NCBI GenBank assembly: GCA_017453145.1
Contig: JAFTKT010000037.1
Span: 1-54,381 of the forward strand
DNA from: Clostridia bacterium
Lineage (GTDB): Bacteria > Bacillota > Clostridia > Christensenellales > Borkfalkiaceae
Length of the DNA: 54,381 nt
Reading direction: 5' to 3'
This document shows, in pieces, positions 19,137 to 27,758 of this stretch. How positions within the stretch are numbered: the stretch's first letter is position 1; each line of letters begins with the position of its first letter. The notes beneath the pieces are model-generated. The model was given only the letters and a program-made list of their open reading frames with translations. It was not told the DNA's origin and ran no database searches. A program made the translations under genes and the position numbers.

Positions 19137-19488
19137 CTGTTTTCGCCTCCTGTTCCCGATATATTTCTTCCACCGCCGCAAGCAACGCTTCTTTCGAAAG
19201 CCCCGCCGCCCGCCACGCCGTTAGCTGTCTTTTAAGCTCCGAACATTTCGCCCCTTCTTCCCGAGCGCCAAGCACGTATGCTCCTTTCTTGGGCTGTATC
19301 GCTATCAAACCCTCCCGCTCCAACGCCGCATACGCTTTTGCTACCGTATTCGGATTAACCCTTCTCTCCACCGCATACGCCCGAACGGACGGCAATTTAT
19401 CCCCCTCTTTGAGCGCGCCCACCGAAATCAAGCGTTTCAATTCGTCTTCAATCGTTTCGAATACGTTCCGTTTTCCGTCAAACCGCAC
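19129..19488 (-). CDS. GntR family transcriptional regulator, YtrA subfamily
   Basis: It contains the winged HTH GDKLPSVRAYAVERRVNPNTVAKAYAALEREGLI, and the short length is typical of YtrA. The preferred start is the GTG at 19488, 8 nt after GGAGG. The track start is the GTG at 19503. Confidence 0.8.
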   Translation of the reverse strand: MRFDGKRNVFETIEDELKRLISVGALKEGDKLPSVRAYAVERRVNPNTVAKAYAALEREGLIAIQPKKGAYVLGAREEGAKCSELKRQLTAWRAAGLSKEALLAAVEEIYREQEAKTDD

Positions 19489-19506
19489 CGCCTTGTCCTC
19501 CACTAA

Positions 19507-19524
19507 TCTGTATTATCTGTATTA
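19507..19524 (-). promoter_or_regulatory. tandem 9-bp direct repeat, candidate operator for the YtrA-type repressor
   Basis: tctgtatta occurs twice, head to tail. On the coding strand this reads TAATACAGA TAATACAGA. It sits directly between the -10 box and the RBS of the gntR-ABC operon. Confidence 0.4.
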
Positions 19525-19553
19525 AATATATCACAAAAAAAACGCCCTGTCAA
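19525..19553 (-). promoter_or_regulatory. sigmaA-type promoter of the gntR-ABC operon
   Basis: On the minus strand: TTGACA (19553-19548), a 17-nt spacer, then TATATT (19530-19525). Confidence 0.55.
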
Positions 19554-19590
19554 GCGTTTGAAGAAAAAAAGTGATAAAATTTTTGGTCGT

Positions 19591-19623
19591 ATAAAACGGG
19601 GCGCACGGCATGCCGTGCGCCCC
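19591..19623 (-). terminator. rho-independent terminator after the 81-aa coiled-coil gene
   Basis: A 26-nt perfect palindrome, ggggcgcacggca/tgccgtgcgcccc (19598-19623), followed on the minus strand by GTTTTAT. Confidence 0.75.
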
Positions 19624-19633
19624 GACCGTTGTG

Positions 19634-19879
19634 TTATTTACGGTTTTTTGCCGCGTCAATACGTTCTTGCGCCGCCGCCGTTCTTGCTTTCGCTTCGGCG
19701 ATTTGCGCCTCGCGCTCTTCCTGCATTTTCGCTTGCCGCGCCGCAGGCGACATTTTCGCCTCTTCCCAAGTCGCTTTCGCCTCCGCTTTTGCCGCCTCGA
19801 AGTTGGCTTTATCCACCTCGTGCTGTGCCTTTGCGCTCTCTTTCATGTCCCGAAACGCTTTCTTGAAAAAATTTACCAT
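19634..19879 (-). CDS. 81-aa Ala/Lys/Glu-rich predicted coiled-coil protein
   Basis: The ATG at 19879 is preceded by AAGGAGG. It translates MVNFFKKAFRDMKESAKAQHEVDKANFEAAKAEAKATWEE.... It is the 3' part of the 225-aa track ORF, whose 5' part overlaps the better-supported 114-aa gene in another frame. Confidence 0.5.
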   Translation of the reverse strand: MVNFFKKAFRDMKESAKAQHEVDKANFEAAKAEAKATWEEAKMSPAARQAKMQEEREAQIAEAKARTAAAQERIDAAKNRK

Positions 19880-19911
19880 TCGTTTTGTCCTCCTTTCATT
19901 TTTTGATTTTT

Positions 19912-20256
19912 TTATTCGCCAAGCAGACTGTCCGAAAGCTCGAAAATCTGTTTGGAATACTTTTTCTTTCTCGCCCGCAAAACGCCTTGATAGAGTGAAT
20001 ACGTAACCGAAACCATACCGATACCGATAACACCCACGACGATACCGAGCGGCATCATATTCCCAATCACTTTCATTGCCAAGCACATACCCGTGCCAAG
20101 CACCAACGCACCCACCGAGCCGAACGCGTAGGCAAACACCTCTGCGGGGCGTTTCACTCTTGCGTCCAGCTCCCGCAACGCCTCGAATTTCGTCGGTTGA
20201 CGCTCTACGTATTGCTCGCGAATACGCTCTACTGTTGCCGTTTGATAATCTTTCAT
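19912..20256 (-). CDS. small two-TM membrane protein (paralog of 20424-20807)
   Basis: 114 aa. It shares with its neighbour a helical N-terminal region, two TM helices and a C-terminal RKKKYSKQIFELSDSLL motif. RBS GGAGG lies upstream. Confidence 0.65.
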   Translation of the reverse strand: MKDYQTATVERIREQYVERQPTKFEALRELDARVKRPAEVFAYAFGSVGALVLGTGMCLAMKVIGNMMPLGIVVGVIGIGMVSVTYSLYQGVLRARKKKYSKQIFELSDSLLGE

Positions 20257-20282
20257 AAAATGTATACCTCCGTTGTTTTACG

Positions 20283-20311
20283 ATAATAGTATACACCCTA
20301 AAAGTTTTCAA
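20283..20311 (-). promoter_or_regulatory. candidate sigmaA promoter for the 114-aa/81-aa gene pair
   Basis: On the minus strand: TTGAAA (20311-20306), a 17-nt spacer, then TATTAT (20288-20283). Confidence 0.45.
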
Positions 20312-20378
20312 AACGCTAAAAAAGCGTAAGCACTTTGAAAAGATTTCGTTAAGGTTTTGTTAAACGCAAATTTCACAC

Positions 20379-20404
20379 GAAAAAACCGCCGCACTCGCGA
20401 CGGT
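20379..20404 (-). terminator. rho-independent terminator after the 127-aa gene
   Basis: On the minus strand: accgtcgc gagt gcggcggt, an 8-bp stem with one G-U pair, followed by TTTTTT. Confidence 0.7.
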
Positions 20405-20423
20405 TTCCAAACGTTTTTCGCTT

Positions 20424-20807
20424 TTATTCTTTCTTCAAAATTTCTTCGGACAAGCGCAAAATCTCCGCGCCGTACTTTTTCTTATTCCCTTTCAAAACGA
20501 GCGTATACACAGGATAGGCAAGCCCCATAGGCACGCAACCGATTACGGCGAACGCCACGCCGAGCGGCCAGTTGTTCCATTCCAAAACCAACGCTAAGCC
20601 AAACCCGAAACAAAGGCAGCCCAAAACGCCCAGAACGAGCGATATAATCACGGCGGAATTACGCACGCGCGAATCCAAACGCCGCAGGCGTTCGAGCTTG
20701 GTTTCCACTTTCTCTTGCGGGAGATACTGTTTTCTAATGCTATCGATTTCCTTTCTCTCCTCGTCCGTCGGCGCGACGTAGTTATAATTAAATTCCTTGT
20801 TTTCCAT
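20424..20807 (-). CDS. small two-TM membrane protein (paralog of 19912-20256)
   Basis: 127 aa. The segment ...ERKEIDSIRKQYLPQE...LERLRRLDSRV... is followed by two TM helices and then ...NKKKYGAEILRLSEEIL. It overlaps the upstream membrane-protein gene by 20 nt. Confidence 0.65.
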   Translation of the reverse strand: MENKEFNYNYVAPTDEERKEIDSIRKQYLPQEKVETKLERLRRLDSRVRNSAVIISLVLGVLGCLCFGFGLALVLEWNNWPLGVAFAVIGCVPMGLAYPVYTLVLKGNKKKYGAEILRLSEEILKKE

Positions 20808-21726
20808 TTGTATTCTCCGTTCGTATTTCTTTTATTTTTTTCGTTGCTTTGACAATCATATACACGCCGAGCGCGAGCGTAAAGGCACTCACGGCAATCC
20901 CCGTCAAGGTATTAAACAGCGACACGTCCACCGTTCCGTCTTGGAAGGTATGCAACAGTGCGGTTTGTAGTGCGAGAATGGAAACGGTCGCGTCCATAAG
21001 GTTAATATTCCGAATCGCCTCAATCGTCAAATCCTCTTGCTTTCTCGCTTTGAACAGATTGATAATCGACATGGTAATTTTGAAAAACGCATACGCGGCG
21101 GTGGCGAAAATCGTCCAATCCGCATACGAGAAAAACCTGTCGTCGAAAATCATTTGCGCGATTGCGGCGGACAGCGCGGTGTTGACAATCAGCAACAGCA
21201 CGCCGCTCTTTCGATACGTTTTCGCCTTTTCCAGCTCGTCGTTTTCAAGCCTCCCCGCATGCTTTTTGCCGTGATACGCAAGCACACTGCCCCGAATCAA
21301 CGCAAGGAAAATATAATACGCGGCAAGCGCACCGTACCAAATCGATTGCCCCACGAGCCCCAAATACCCGTTGAAAAGACCGTATACCACGCTCATAAAA
21401 AACGTGCCGATTGCAAAGATAATCGTTCTGTGCCCGTAGTTATGCCGAATGGCGCGCGTAAGCTCGTATTTTTCCAGCACCGCTAAAAACCAAGCCTTGA
21501 TTTTCGGCACGAGCGGAATAAGCGTATAGACCGTATAGGCAAGGGTAATTGCCGCAAGTGCATAGAGCAGGTATGCGACGAACTCTAAAACCGTGCCCGT
21601 GTAGTCGACTACAAGCATGCACAGCGCACCCGTGATAGACGCCACCGCCAAGAGATAGAACACCACCAAAAACCAAACGGGCGGCGCGTTCAAAAACCGC
21701 CAAATTTTCTTCCAAAAATCACGCAT
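20788..21726 (-). CDS. polytopic membrane protein of unknown function, co-transcribed with the two-component system
   Basis: 312 aa with about 6-8 hydrophobic helices. Its start overlaps the histidine kinase stop by 8 nt. Confidence 0.65.
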   Translation of the reverse strand: MRDFWKKIWRFLNAPPVWFLVVFYLLAVASITGALCMLVVDYTGTVLEFVAYLLYALAAITLAYTVYTLIPLVPKIKAWFLAVLEKYELTRAIRHNYGHRTIIFAIGTFFMSVVYGLFNGYLGLVGQSIWYGALAAYYIFLALIRGSVLAYHGKKHAGRLENDELEKAKTYRKSGVLLLIVNTALSAAIAQMIFDDRFFSYADWTIFATAAYAFFKITMSIINLFKARKQEDLTIEAIRNINLMDATVSILALQTALLHTFQDGTVDVSLFNTLTGIAVSAFTLALGVYMIVKATKKIKEIRTENTNGKQGI

Positions 21727-22771
21727 AGACGTTTCCTTTCAAGACAATCGTAAAGGCGCTGCCTTTCCCAACCTCGCTTGCGACGGAAATTTCTCCGCCG
21801 AGAATATCGATAACCTTTTTCACGAGCGGCAAGCCGAGCCCGTTCCCCTCGCCCGAGTGCGAAGTGTCCCCTTGATAAAATTTCTCAAAGATATGCGCGC
21901 CCGTTTCCTTTGAAATGCCACAACCGCTATCGGACACGGTAACTACCGCCGCCCCGCCTTTCACTTTCAACGACAACCCGATTATGTCGCCCGCCTCCGT
22001 GAATTTGATTGCGTTGGATAAAAGGTTGTTCCACACAATCTCCAAAAGGCTGGGCGCGGATACGATTTGTATATCGTCCAAATCACAGTCCAAAACCAAA
22101 TTTTTGTTTTCAATCACCTCTTCAAAAGCAAGCGCCGCCTGCGCTAATTGTTCGGTCAGAGAAAACCTTTCAAATTCCGGCTTAATCTCTTGATTTTCAA
22201 GTTTATTAAGTTTCAGAATATTCGTAATCAAATCGGACAACCGCTTTGCCGCCCGCGAAAGCGTTTTCGCATACCGTTGCCGCGTTTCCTCGTCCAAACC
22301 GCTATCCTGCAACAACGCCGCATAATTTTGCAACACGGAAAGCGGCGTTTTCAGCTCGTGCGACACGTTGGCGATAAAATCGGTTTTGAGCACTTCGCTT
22401 TTCCCTAGCTCCGCCGCAAGCACGTTGATATTCTCCATAATCACGTCGTAGTGGCTATACCGCCCGTAGGGGCTTTGAATATCCAACCGCACGGAAAAAT
22501 CCCCTTTTGCTATCCGTTCCGTCGCCGTCAAAATCTTCTTCACGGGTCTGTCAATGGTTATCCTACGCCGTATGACGTCAACCACCGTACAAAGCACCGC
22601 CAAAATCGCAATCACACCGAGCATTAGCACGGCAATCAACGCTTTATCCGTCGTTCTTTGGATAATATAATCGTAAATCAGCACGGCGATTTGAATAATA
22701 AGCGCAATCGTTATGAAAAAAATAATCACGCCCGCATAAGTAAATTCGCCGCCGAGCTTGCGTTTCTTCAT
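21719..22771 (-). CDS. sensor histidine kinase with a very short external loop (intramembrane-sensing type)
   Basis: 350 aa. Two N-terminal TM helices are separated by about 8 residues (IQRTTDKA). A HAMP-like segment follows, then the H-box SHELKTPL and a HATPase region (NLLSNAIKF, DSGCGI, GNGLGL). Confidence 0.9.
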   Translation of the reverse strand: MKKRKLGGEFTYAGVIIFFITIALIIQIAVLIYDYIIQRTTDKALIAVLMLGVIAILAVLCTVVDVIRRRITIDRPVKKILTATERIAKGDFSVRLDIQSPYGRYSHYDVIMENINVLAAELGKSEVLKTDFIANVSHELKTPLSVLQNYAALLQDSGLDEETRQRYAKTLSRAAKRLSDLITNILKLNKLENQEIKPEFERFSLTEQLAQAALAFEEVIENKNLVLDCDLDDIQIVSAPSLLEIVWNNLLSNAIKFTEAGDIIGLSLKVKGGAAVVTVSDSGCGISKETGAHIFEKFYQGDTSHSGEGNGLGLPLVKKVIDILGGEISVASEVGKGSAFTIVLKGNVYA

Positions 22772-23439
22772 TTGAGCACCGCCTTATAGCCCAGCCCGTG
22801 CACGGTTACGATTTCAAACCCGTCGCAAACGGCTGTCTTTTCCCGTATTTTGACGATATACACGTCGACCGTACGCGAGGTAGCGGAGGAATCATAATCC
22901 CAAAACTCCTCCATGAGCGCAGAACGCGTGAACGTTTTTTTCGGATAGGACAAAAACTTAAAGAGCATATCGAATTCTCTGACGGTGAGGGGAATTTCCT
23001 CGCCGTTACAAATCGCGGAGCGTTCCTCCGCGTTCATGGTCAAATTTCCGACCGTGAGCATATTCGAGGCTTGAATTTTTGCTCGACGCAGCAACGCGCC
23101 GATTTTCATAAGTAACACGTCCATATCGAACGGCTTGACAATATAATCGTCTATCCCGACGTTATATCCGAGCATTTTCGAGGGCTTGTCGTCCTTTGCC
23201 GTCATAAAAATAATCGGAATATTCTTATCGCTCGCGCGCACGCTCGCGGCAAAATCAAACCCGTCGAGACGGGGCATCATAATATCGGTAAGAATCATAT
23301 CCGCTTTCCACGTTTCCAGCTTTTCGAGCGCGTCCACACCGTCCGCACAAGCCACCGCCTCGTAGCCCGCGTTCCTCAAACACGTGCATACGAAACGGTT
23401 CAAATCCTTATCGTCCTCCGCGACTAAAATTTTAATCAT
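22768..23439 (-). CDS. OmpR-family response regulator
   Basis: 223 aa. The receiver domain shows ILVAEDD...DMILTDIMMP...TAKD. The winged-helix output domain shows LTVREFDMLFKFL...VTVHGLGYK. Confidence 0.95.
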   Translation of the reverse strand: MIKILVAEDDKDLNRFVCTCLRNAGYEAVACADGVDALEKLETWKADMILTDIMMPRLDGFDFAASVRASDKNIPIIFMTAKDDKPSKMLGYNVGIDDYIVKPFDMDVLLMKIGALLRRAKIQASNMLTVGNLTMNAEERSAICNGEEIPLTVREFDMLFKFLSYPKKTFTRSALMEEFWDYDSSATSRTVDVYIVKIREKTAVCDGFEIVTVHGLGYKAVLK

Positions 23440-23600
23440 AGCCCTCTCCTTTTCTTCTTGCCTCTATTATAAACGCCGTGCATTGATAAAAGGTTAAAAA
23501 AATGTTAAAGTTTTGTAAAAGCTATGATTATTATAATACAAAACGCGGCAAGCCGTCAAGCTTTTTCGCCCACTCTCGCCACCACATTGAAAACGAGCAA

Positions 23601-23650
23601 TAAAAAGTGAATAGGCTTGAGAAATTTTCATTTTCTTCGCGCCTATTCAC
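23601..23650 (-). terminator. terminator hairpin downstream of adhE
   Basis: A 10-bp stem, gtgaataggc (23607-23616) pairing with gcctattcac (23641-23650), with a 24-nt loop. On the minus strand it is followed by TTTTTATTG. Confidence 0.55.
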
Positions 23651-23664
23651 TATTTTTCTATCTT

Positions 23665-26262
23665 TTATTCCTTTTCATTCCCGTAATACGCCCTCAAATA
23701 CATCTCCTTTATCTCTTCCACAAGCGGATAACGGGGATTTGCGCCCGTGCATTGGTCGTCGAACGCGTCGCGGCTCATTTGGTCGAGCGAATCCAAAAAT
23801 TCTTTTTCACTCACCCGTTCCCCAAGCGCGGCTTGAATGGTTTGCGGCATGTTTAACTGCCCACGCAAATCTTGCAATCGCTCAATCAATTTTTCCAATA
23901 ACTCCTCGTCCGTTTTGCCCTGCAATCCGATGCTCCTTGCAATCCGCGCATACCTTGCAAGCGCGTTGGGATAGGCGTATTGCGGGAACGTACCCATTTT
24001 TTTAGGGTTTGGCGAGGCGTTAAAGCGCACCACCTCGCAAAGCAGCAACGCGTTCGCAAGCCCGTGCGGTAAATGCCACCGCGCACCCAGCTTATGCGCC
24101 ATTGAATGACACACGCCGAGAAAGGCGTTAGCAAAGGCCATCCCCGCCATCGTCGCGGCGTTCGCCACCTTTTCTCGCGCCTCCAAATCCTGCCGTCCCC
24201 GTTCAAACGCACGGGACAGGTATTCGTCGAGCAACGCAATCGCCTCAAACGCAAGCCCGTTCGTATAATCGGAGGCAAGCAAGGACGCCGCCGCCTCAAT
24301 CGCGTGCGAAAGCGCGTCGTAACCTGCATTCGCCGTGAGCGAGGGCGGAATATCCAGCATTAGCTCCGCGTCGCAAATCGCCACCGTCGGCATCAATTCA
24401 TAATCGGCAAGCGGATACTTTTCCCCCGTTTTCTCGTCGGTAATCACGGCAAAAGGCGTAACCTCGCTCCCTGTGCCCGCCGTCGTAGGGATTGCAAAAA
24501 AGACCGCCTTTTCCCCCATTTTCGGGAACATAAACACCCGCTTTCGAATATCCATAAACCGCATGGCAAGGTCGGAAAACTCCACTTCGGGGTGCTCGTA
24601 TAACACCCACATAATCTTCGCCGCGTCCATAGGCGAACCGCCGCCGACGGCAATCACGACGTCAGGCGCAAATGCCGCCATGCGCTTTGCCCCCTCTCTT
24701 GCGCAAGCGAGCGTGGGGTCGGGCGTAACCTCGAAAAATTCGGTGTGCGCTATACCCAAATCCTCTAAAATGCCCGTGATTTTTGCACAGACGCCCGATT
24801 GATACAAAAAGTTATCGGTAACCACGAACGCGCGCCTACGTTTATACACGTCTTTGAGTTCCGCAAGCGCAAACGCCAAACACCCGCGTTTGAAATATAC
24901 CTTTTGCGGCGCGCGAAACCAAAGCATATTTTCTCTGCGTTCGGCAACCGTTTTCAAATTCAACAATTCTTTCACCCCTACGTTTTCACACACGCTATTC
25001 CCGCCCCACGAGCCGCAACCGAGCGTGAGCGAGGGCGCAAGTCGGAAATTATACAAATCGCCTATCCCGCCCTGTGCGGCAGGCGTATTGACAAGAATAC
25101 GACATGCTTGCATACGCGCACAAAACCGTTCAAACCGTTCCTTTGCGCGCTCGGTATCGATAAACACGGAGGCGGTGTGTCCCAAGCCGCCGCCGCGCAC
25201 AAGCGCCTCCGCTTTGTCCAAAGCCTCTGAAAAATCCTTTGCTTTATAGACGGCTAAAATGGGCGAAAGTTTTTCCTTTGCAAACGGTTCGTCCACGCCT
25301 GCCGACGTCGTTTCCACCGCCAAAATTTTCGTTTCACTCGATACCTGCCCCGCGCCTATCCCCGCAAGCCGCGCAATTTTTTCCGCCGTTTGCCCGACGA
25401 CCTCGCTGTTTAACTTACCGTTTGGGAACACCGTCTGCGCAAGCTTTTCTTTTTCCTTTGCGGGCACAAAATACGCCCCTTGCGCCACCATTTCCGCCTT
25501 GAACGCGGCATAAATTTCTTTCTCGACGACCGCCGCCTGCTCGGAGGCGCAAATCATACCGTTATCGAACGTTTTCGAATGGAGAATGGACGAAACGGCG
25601 AGTCGAATATCCGCCGAACTATCCACGACGGCAGGCGTATTCCCCGCGCCCACGCCGATTGCGGGCTTTCCCGACGAATACGCCGCCTTGACCATTTGCG
25701 GTCCGCCTGTGGCAAGAATAATATCCGCGCTTTTCATCAGCCACGCGGAGCTTTCGACGCTCGGCTCGTCAAGCCAACCGATAATCCCGTCGGGCGCGCC
25801 CGCCGCCACCGCCGCCGCCAAGACAACGCGCGCCGCCTCAACGGTACAGTTTTTTGCGCGCGGGTGGGGTGAAATAATCAAGCCGTTTCGCGTTTTCAAG
25901 CAAATCAAGCACTTGAAAATCGCCGTCGAAGTGGGGTTCGTCGTCGGTATAATCGCCGCCGCTACCCCGACAGGCTCGGCAACGCGCGTATACCCCGCCG
26001 CCTCGTCGCGCTCAATCACACCGCACGTCTTTTCGTCTTTATAACGGTTATAGATATACTCGGCGGCGTAATGGTTTTTCAAGACCTTATCCTCCACGAC
26101 GCCCATGCCCGTTTCCTCTGCGGCAAGCTCGGCAAGTCGAATACGCTCTGCGTTCGCGGCAGTCGCCGCCGCCTTAAAAATTTTATCGACCTGTTCCTGT
26201 GAAAAGCCTGCATACGTCGCTTGCGCGGCGCGTACCCGTTCTAATATTTCCTCGTTTTTCAT
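23665..26262 (-). CDS. adhE: bifunctional acetaldehyde-CoA/alcohol dehydrogenase
   Basis: 865 aa counted from the ATG at 26262, which is preceded by AAAGGAGG. The N-terminal half is ALDH-like (..GMICASEQ..). The C-terminal half is an iron-type ADH (GGGSPMDAAK, ..GVCHSMAHKLG..). Confidence 0.95.
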   Translation of the reverse strand: MKNEEILERVRAAQATYAGFSQEQVDKIFKAAATAANAERIRLAELAAEETGMGVVEDKVLKNHYAAEYIYNRYKDEKTCGVIERDEAAGYTRVAEPVGVAAAIIPTTNPTSTAIFKCLICLKTRNGLIISPHPRAKNCTVEAARVVLAAAVAAGAPDGIIGWLDEPSVESSAWLMKSADIILATGGPQMVKAAYSSGKPAIGVGAGNTPAVVDSSADIRLAVSSILHSKTFDNGMICASEQAAVVEKEIYAAFKAEMVAQGAYFVPAKEKEKLAQTVFPNGKLNSEVVGQTAEKIARLAGIGAGQVSSETKILAVETTSAGVDEPFAKEKLSPILAVYKAKDFSEALDKAEALVRGGGLGHTASVFIDTERAKERFERFCARMQACRILVNTPAAQGGIGDLYNFRLAPSLTLGCGSWGGNSVCENVGVKELLNLKTVAERRENMLWFRAPQKVYFKRGCLAFALAELKDVYKRRRAFVVTDNFLYQSGVCAKITGILEDLGIAHTEFFEVTPDPTLACAREGAKRMAAFAPDVVIAVGGGSPMDAAKIMWVLYEHPEVEFSDLAMRFMDIRKRVFMFPKMGEKAVFFAIPTTAGTGSEVTPFAVITDEKTGEKYPLADYELMPTVAICDAELMLDIPPSLTANAGYDALSHAIEAAASLLASDYTNGLAFEAIALLDEYLSRAFERGRQDLEAREKVANAATMAGMAFANAFLGVCHSMAHKLGARWHLPHGLANALLLCEVVRFNASPNPKKMGTFPQYAYPNALARYARIARSIGLQGKTDEELLEKLIERLQDLRGQLNMPQTIQAALGERVSEKEFLDSLDQMSRDAFDDQCTGANPRYPLVEEIKEMYLRAYYGNEKE

Positions 26263-26336
26263 TAAAAATAAAACCTCCTTTCGGCGGCGATTACGCCCTC
26301 CGAAAAGAGGCAAAACCCAAAACACCCGACCGCCGT

Positions 26337-26993
26337 TTAGCGTTCGCCGGTATTATACAGCTTACCCGCAAGCATAGCAAGCGAGGCGGCAAGGTCCTCC
26401 GTTTTAATCACAATATCTTTCGGCACGCGCAACGGCGCGGGCGCAAAGTTCCAAATGGCGCGCACACCCGCCTCAACGAGCTTATTGACGACCTCTTGCG
26501 CCACACCTTTAGGCACGGTTACAATACCGATTAAAATACGCCTTGCCTTGACGAACGCGGCAAGCTCGTCCATATGCAGAACGGGTTTTCCCGCGACCAG
26601 CGAACCGACGAGCCGTTCGTTGACGTCGAATGCGGCAACGACGTTCAGCCCGTTATTCTTAAAGCCCTCATAGCCCAAAAACGCTCTACCGAGCCCGCCC
26701 GCGCCGACGATAATCGCGTCGGAAATGTTATCGTAGCCCAAAAACTTTTCAATATCGACGATTAAACGGCTGACGCCGAACCCGAGCTTGGGTCTACCGG
26801 GTTCGGAAGACACGAGCGCGAGGTCCTTGCGCACAAGCACCGACGACACAGCAATATTTTGTGCAATCACGGTCGAAGAAATGTATTGCGAGCCTTTGGA
26901 ATTTTCTTCTTGTAAAAAATGCAAATACAGCGGCATTCTCGCGATTGTCGCTTTGGAAATCTTTTCTTCCGTTTTTTCCGTTTTATTTTTCAT
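26337..26993 (-). CDS. rex: redox-sensing transcriptional repressor Rex
   Basis: 218 aa. It contains ATIARMPLYLHFL, a Rossmann motif IIVGAGGLGRAF, and IWNFAP. Confidence 0.9.
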   Translation of the reverse strand: MKNKTEKTEEKISKATIARMPLYLHFLQEENSKGSQYISSTVIAQNIAVSSVLVRKDLALVSSEPGRPKLGFGVSRLIVDIEKFLGYDNISDAIIVGAGGLGRAFLGYEGFKNNGLNVVAAFDVNERLVGSLVAGKPVLHMDELAAFVKARRILIGIVTVPKGVAQEVVNKLVEAGVRAIWNFAPAPLRVPKDIVIKTEDLAASLAMLAGKLYNTGER

Positions 26994-27054
26994 AAACCAA
27001 ACCGCCTTTTATCATAAACCGCTCCCTGCGCGAGAACGCTACGCGCCGCCAAAC

Positions 27055-27741
27055 TCACGGCTTACTCGCCACGACGCGGTGAATGGGCAACCCTCTCTCC
27101 ACCCATTTTTGTTCGTATTCGGTAACGATATTCCATGCAGGATTCCCGTTTTCGTGCAAATCGTAGGACACGTCCGCCAAAGCAAACCCGCACGCGCGGT
27201 ACTCCTCCAACGAAAACTCGAAAAAATCCCTATCGTCCGTCTTTTGCAAAATACGCCCACCCGTTTTCAAGAGCTTTTTATAAACCTCCAAAAAATTACG
27301 GTGCGTAAGTCTTTGGGTCGCATAGCCGAGCTTGGGCAAGGGCGTGGAGAAATTCAGATAAATTTCATCCAACGAATTTTCGGGGATATAACAAGGCAAG
27401 CACTCCGCGCGGATATTGAGAAAGCGTATGTTTTCCAAACCCTGCGCAAAAACGTCTTCGAGCGGTGTCAAGATAACGTTGCTCATCTTTTCCAAAGCGA
27501 GATAGTTATATGCAGGCCTACGCTTGGCAAGCTCGCAAACGAACCCGCCCTTGCCGCAACCGATTTCGAGCGCAACGGGTTTATCGTTACCGAACGCCGC
27601 CTTAAAATCAAGGAGCGCACGGAAATTCTCCGCCGCCTCTTTCATATTCAAAATCCCGTTCGTACCCCGCGCCAAAAGCAAATCGCTCCGCGCCTCCATA
27701 CGTGCCTCGAAATTACGTTTTTTCCTCATTCTCATCGACAT
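27055..27741 (-). CDS. trmB: tRNA (guanine-N7)-methyltransferase
   Basis: 228 aa. It contains the SAM motif LEIGCGKGGF, plus IYLNFSTP and TEYEQKW. Confidence 0.9.
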   Translation of the reverse strand: MSMRMRKKRNFEARMEARSDLLLARGTNGILNMKEAAENFRALLDFKAAFGNDKPVALEIGCGKGGFVCELAKRRPAYNYLALEKMSNVILTPLEDVFAQGLENIRFLNIRAECLPCYIPENSLDEIYLNFSTPLPKLGYATQRLTHRNFLEVYKKLLKTGGRILQKTDDRDFFEFSLEEYRACGFALADVSYDLHENGNPAWNIVTEYEQKWVERGLPIHRVVASKP

Positions 27742-27758
27742 AACTTGTTAATAGCTCC

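Noticed and set aside
19634-20311. 225-aa track ORF spanning two smaller genes
   Set aside because: Its 5' two-thirds overlaps the 114-aa two-TM gene out of frame. That gene has a paralog, an RBS and a promoter. Only the last 81 codons have their own AAGGAGG RBS. I therefore split it into 19912-20256 and 19634-19879.
23502-23603. 33-codon ORF (MLKFCKSYDYYNTKRGKPSSFFAHSRHHIENEQ) in the response regulator-adhE intergenic region
   Set aside because: It has only a weak AAAGG upstream and no distinctive composition. It overlaps the likely promoter region of the two-component operon on the other strand. The evidence is insufficient.
27745-27751. TTGTTAA, a possible Rex operator half-site upstream of trmB
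   Set aside because: The partner half-site (TTAACAA after a 4-nt spacer) is absent, because the sequence continues TAGCTCCGTTC. A single 7-mer is not meaningful.
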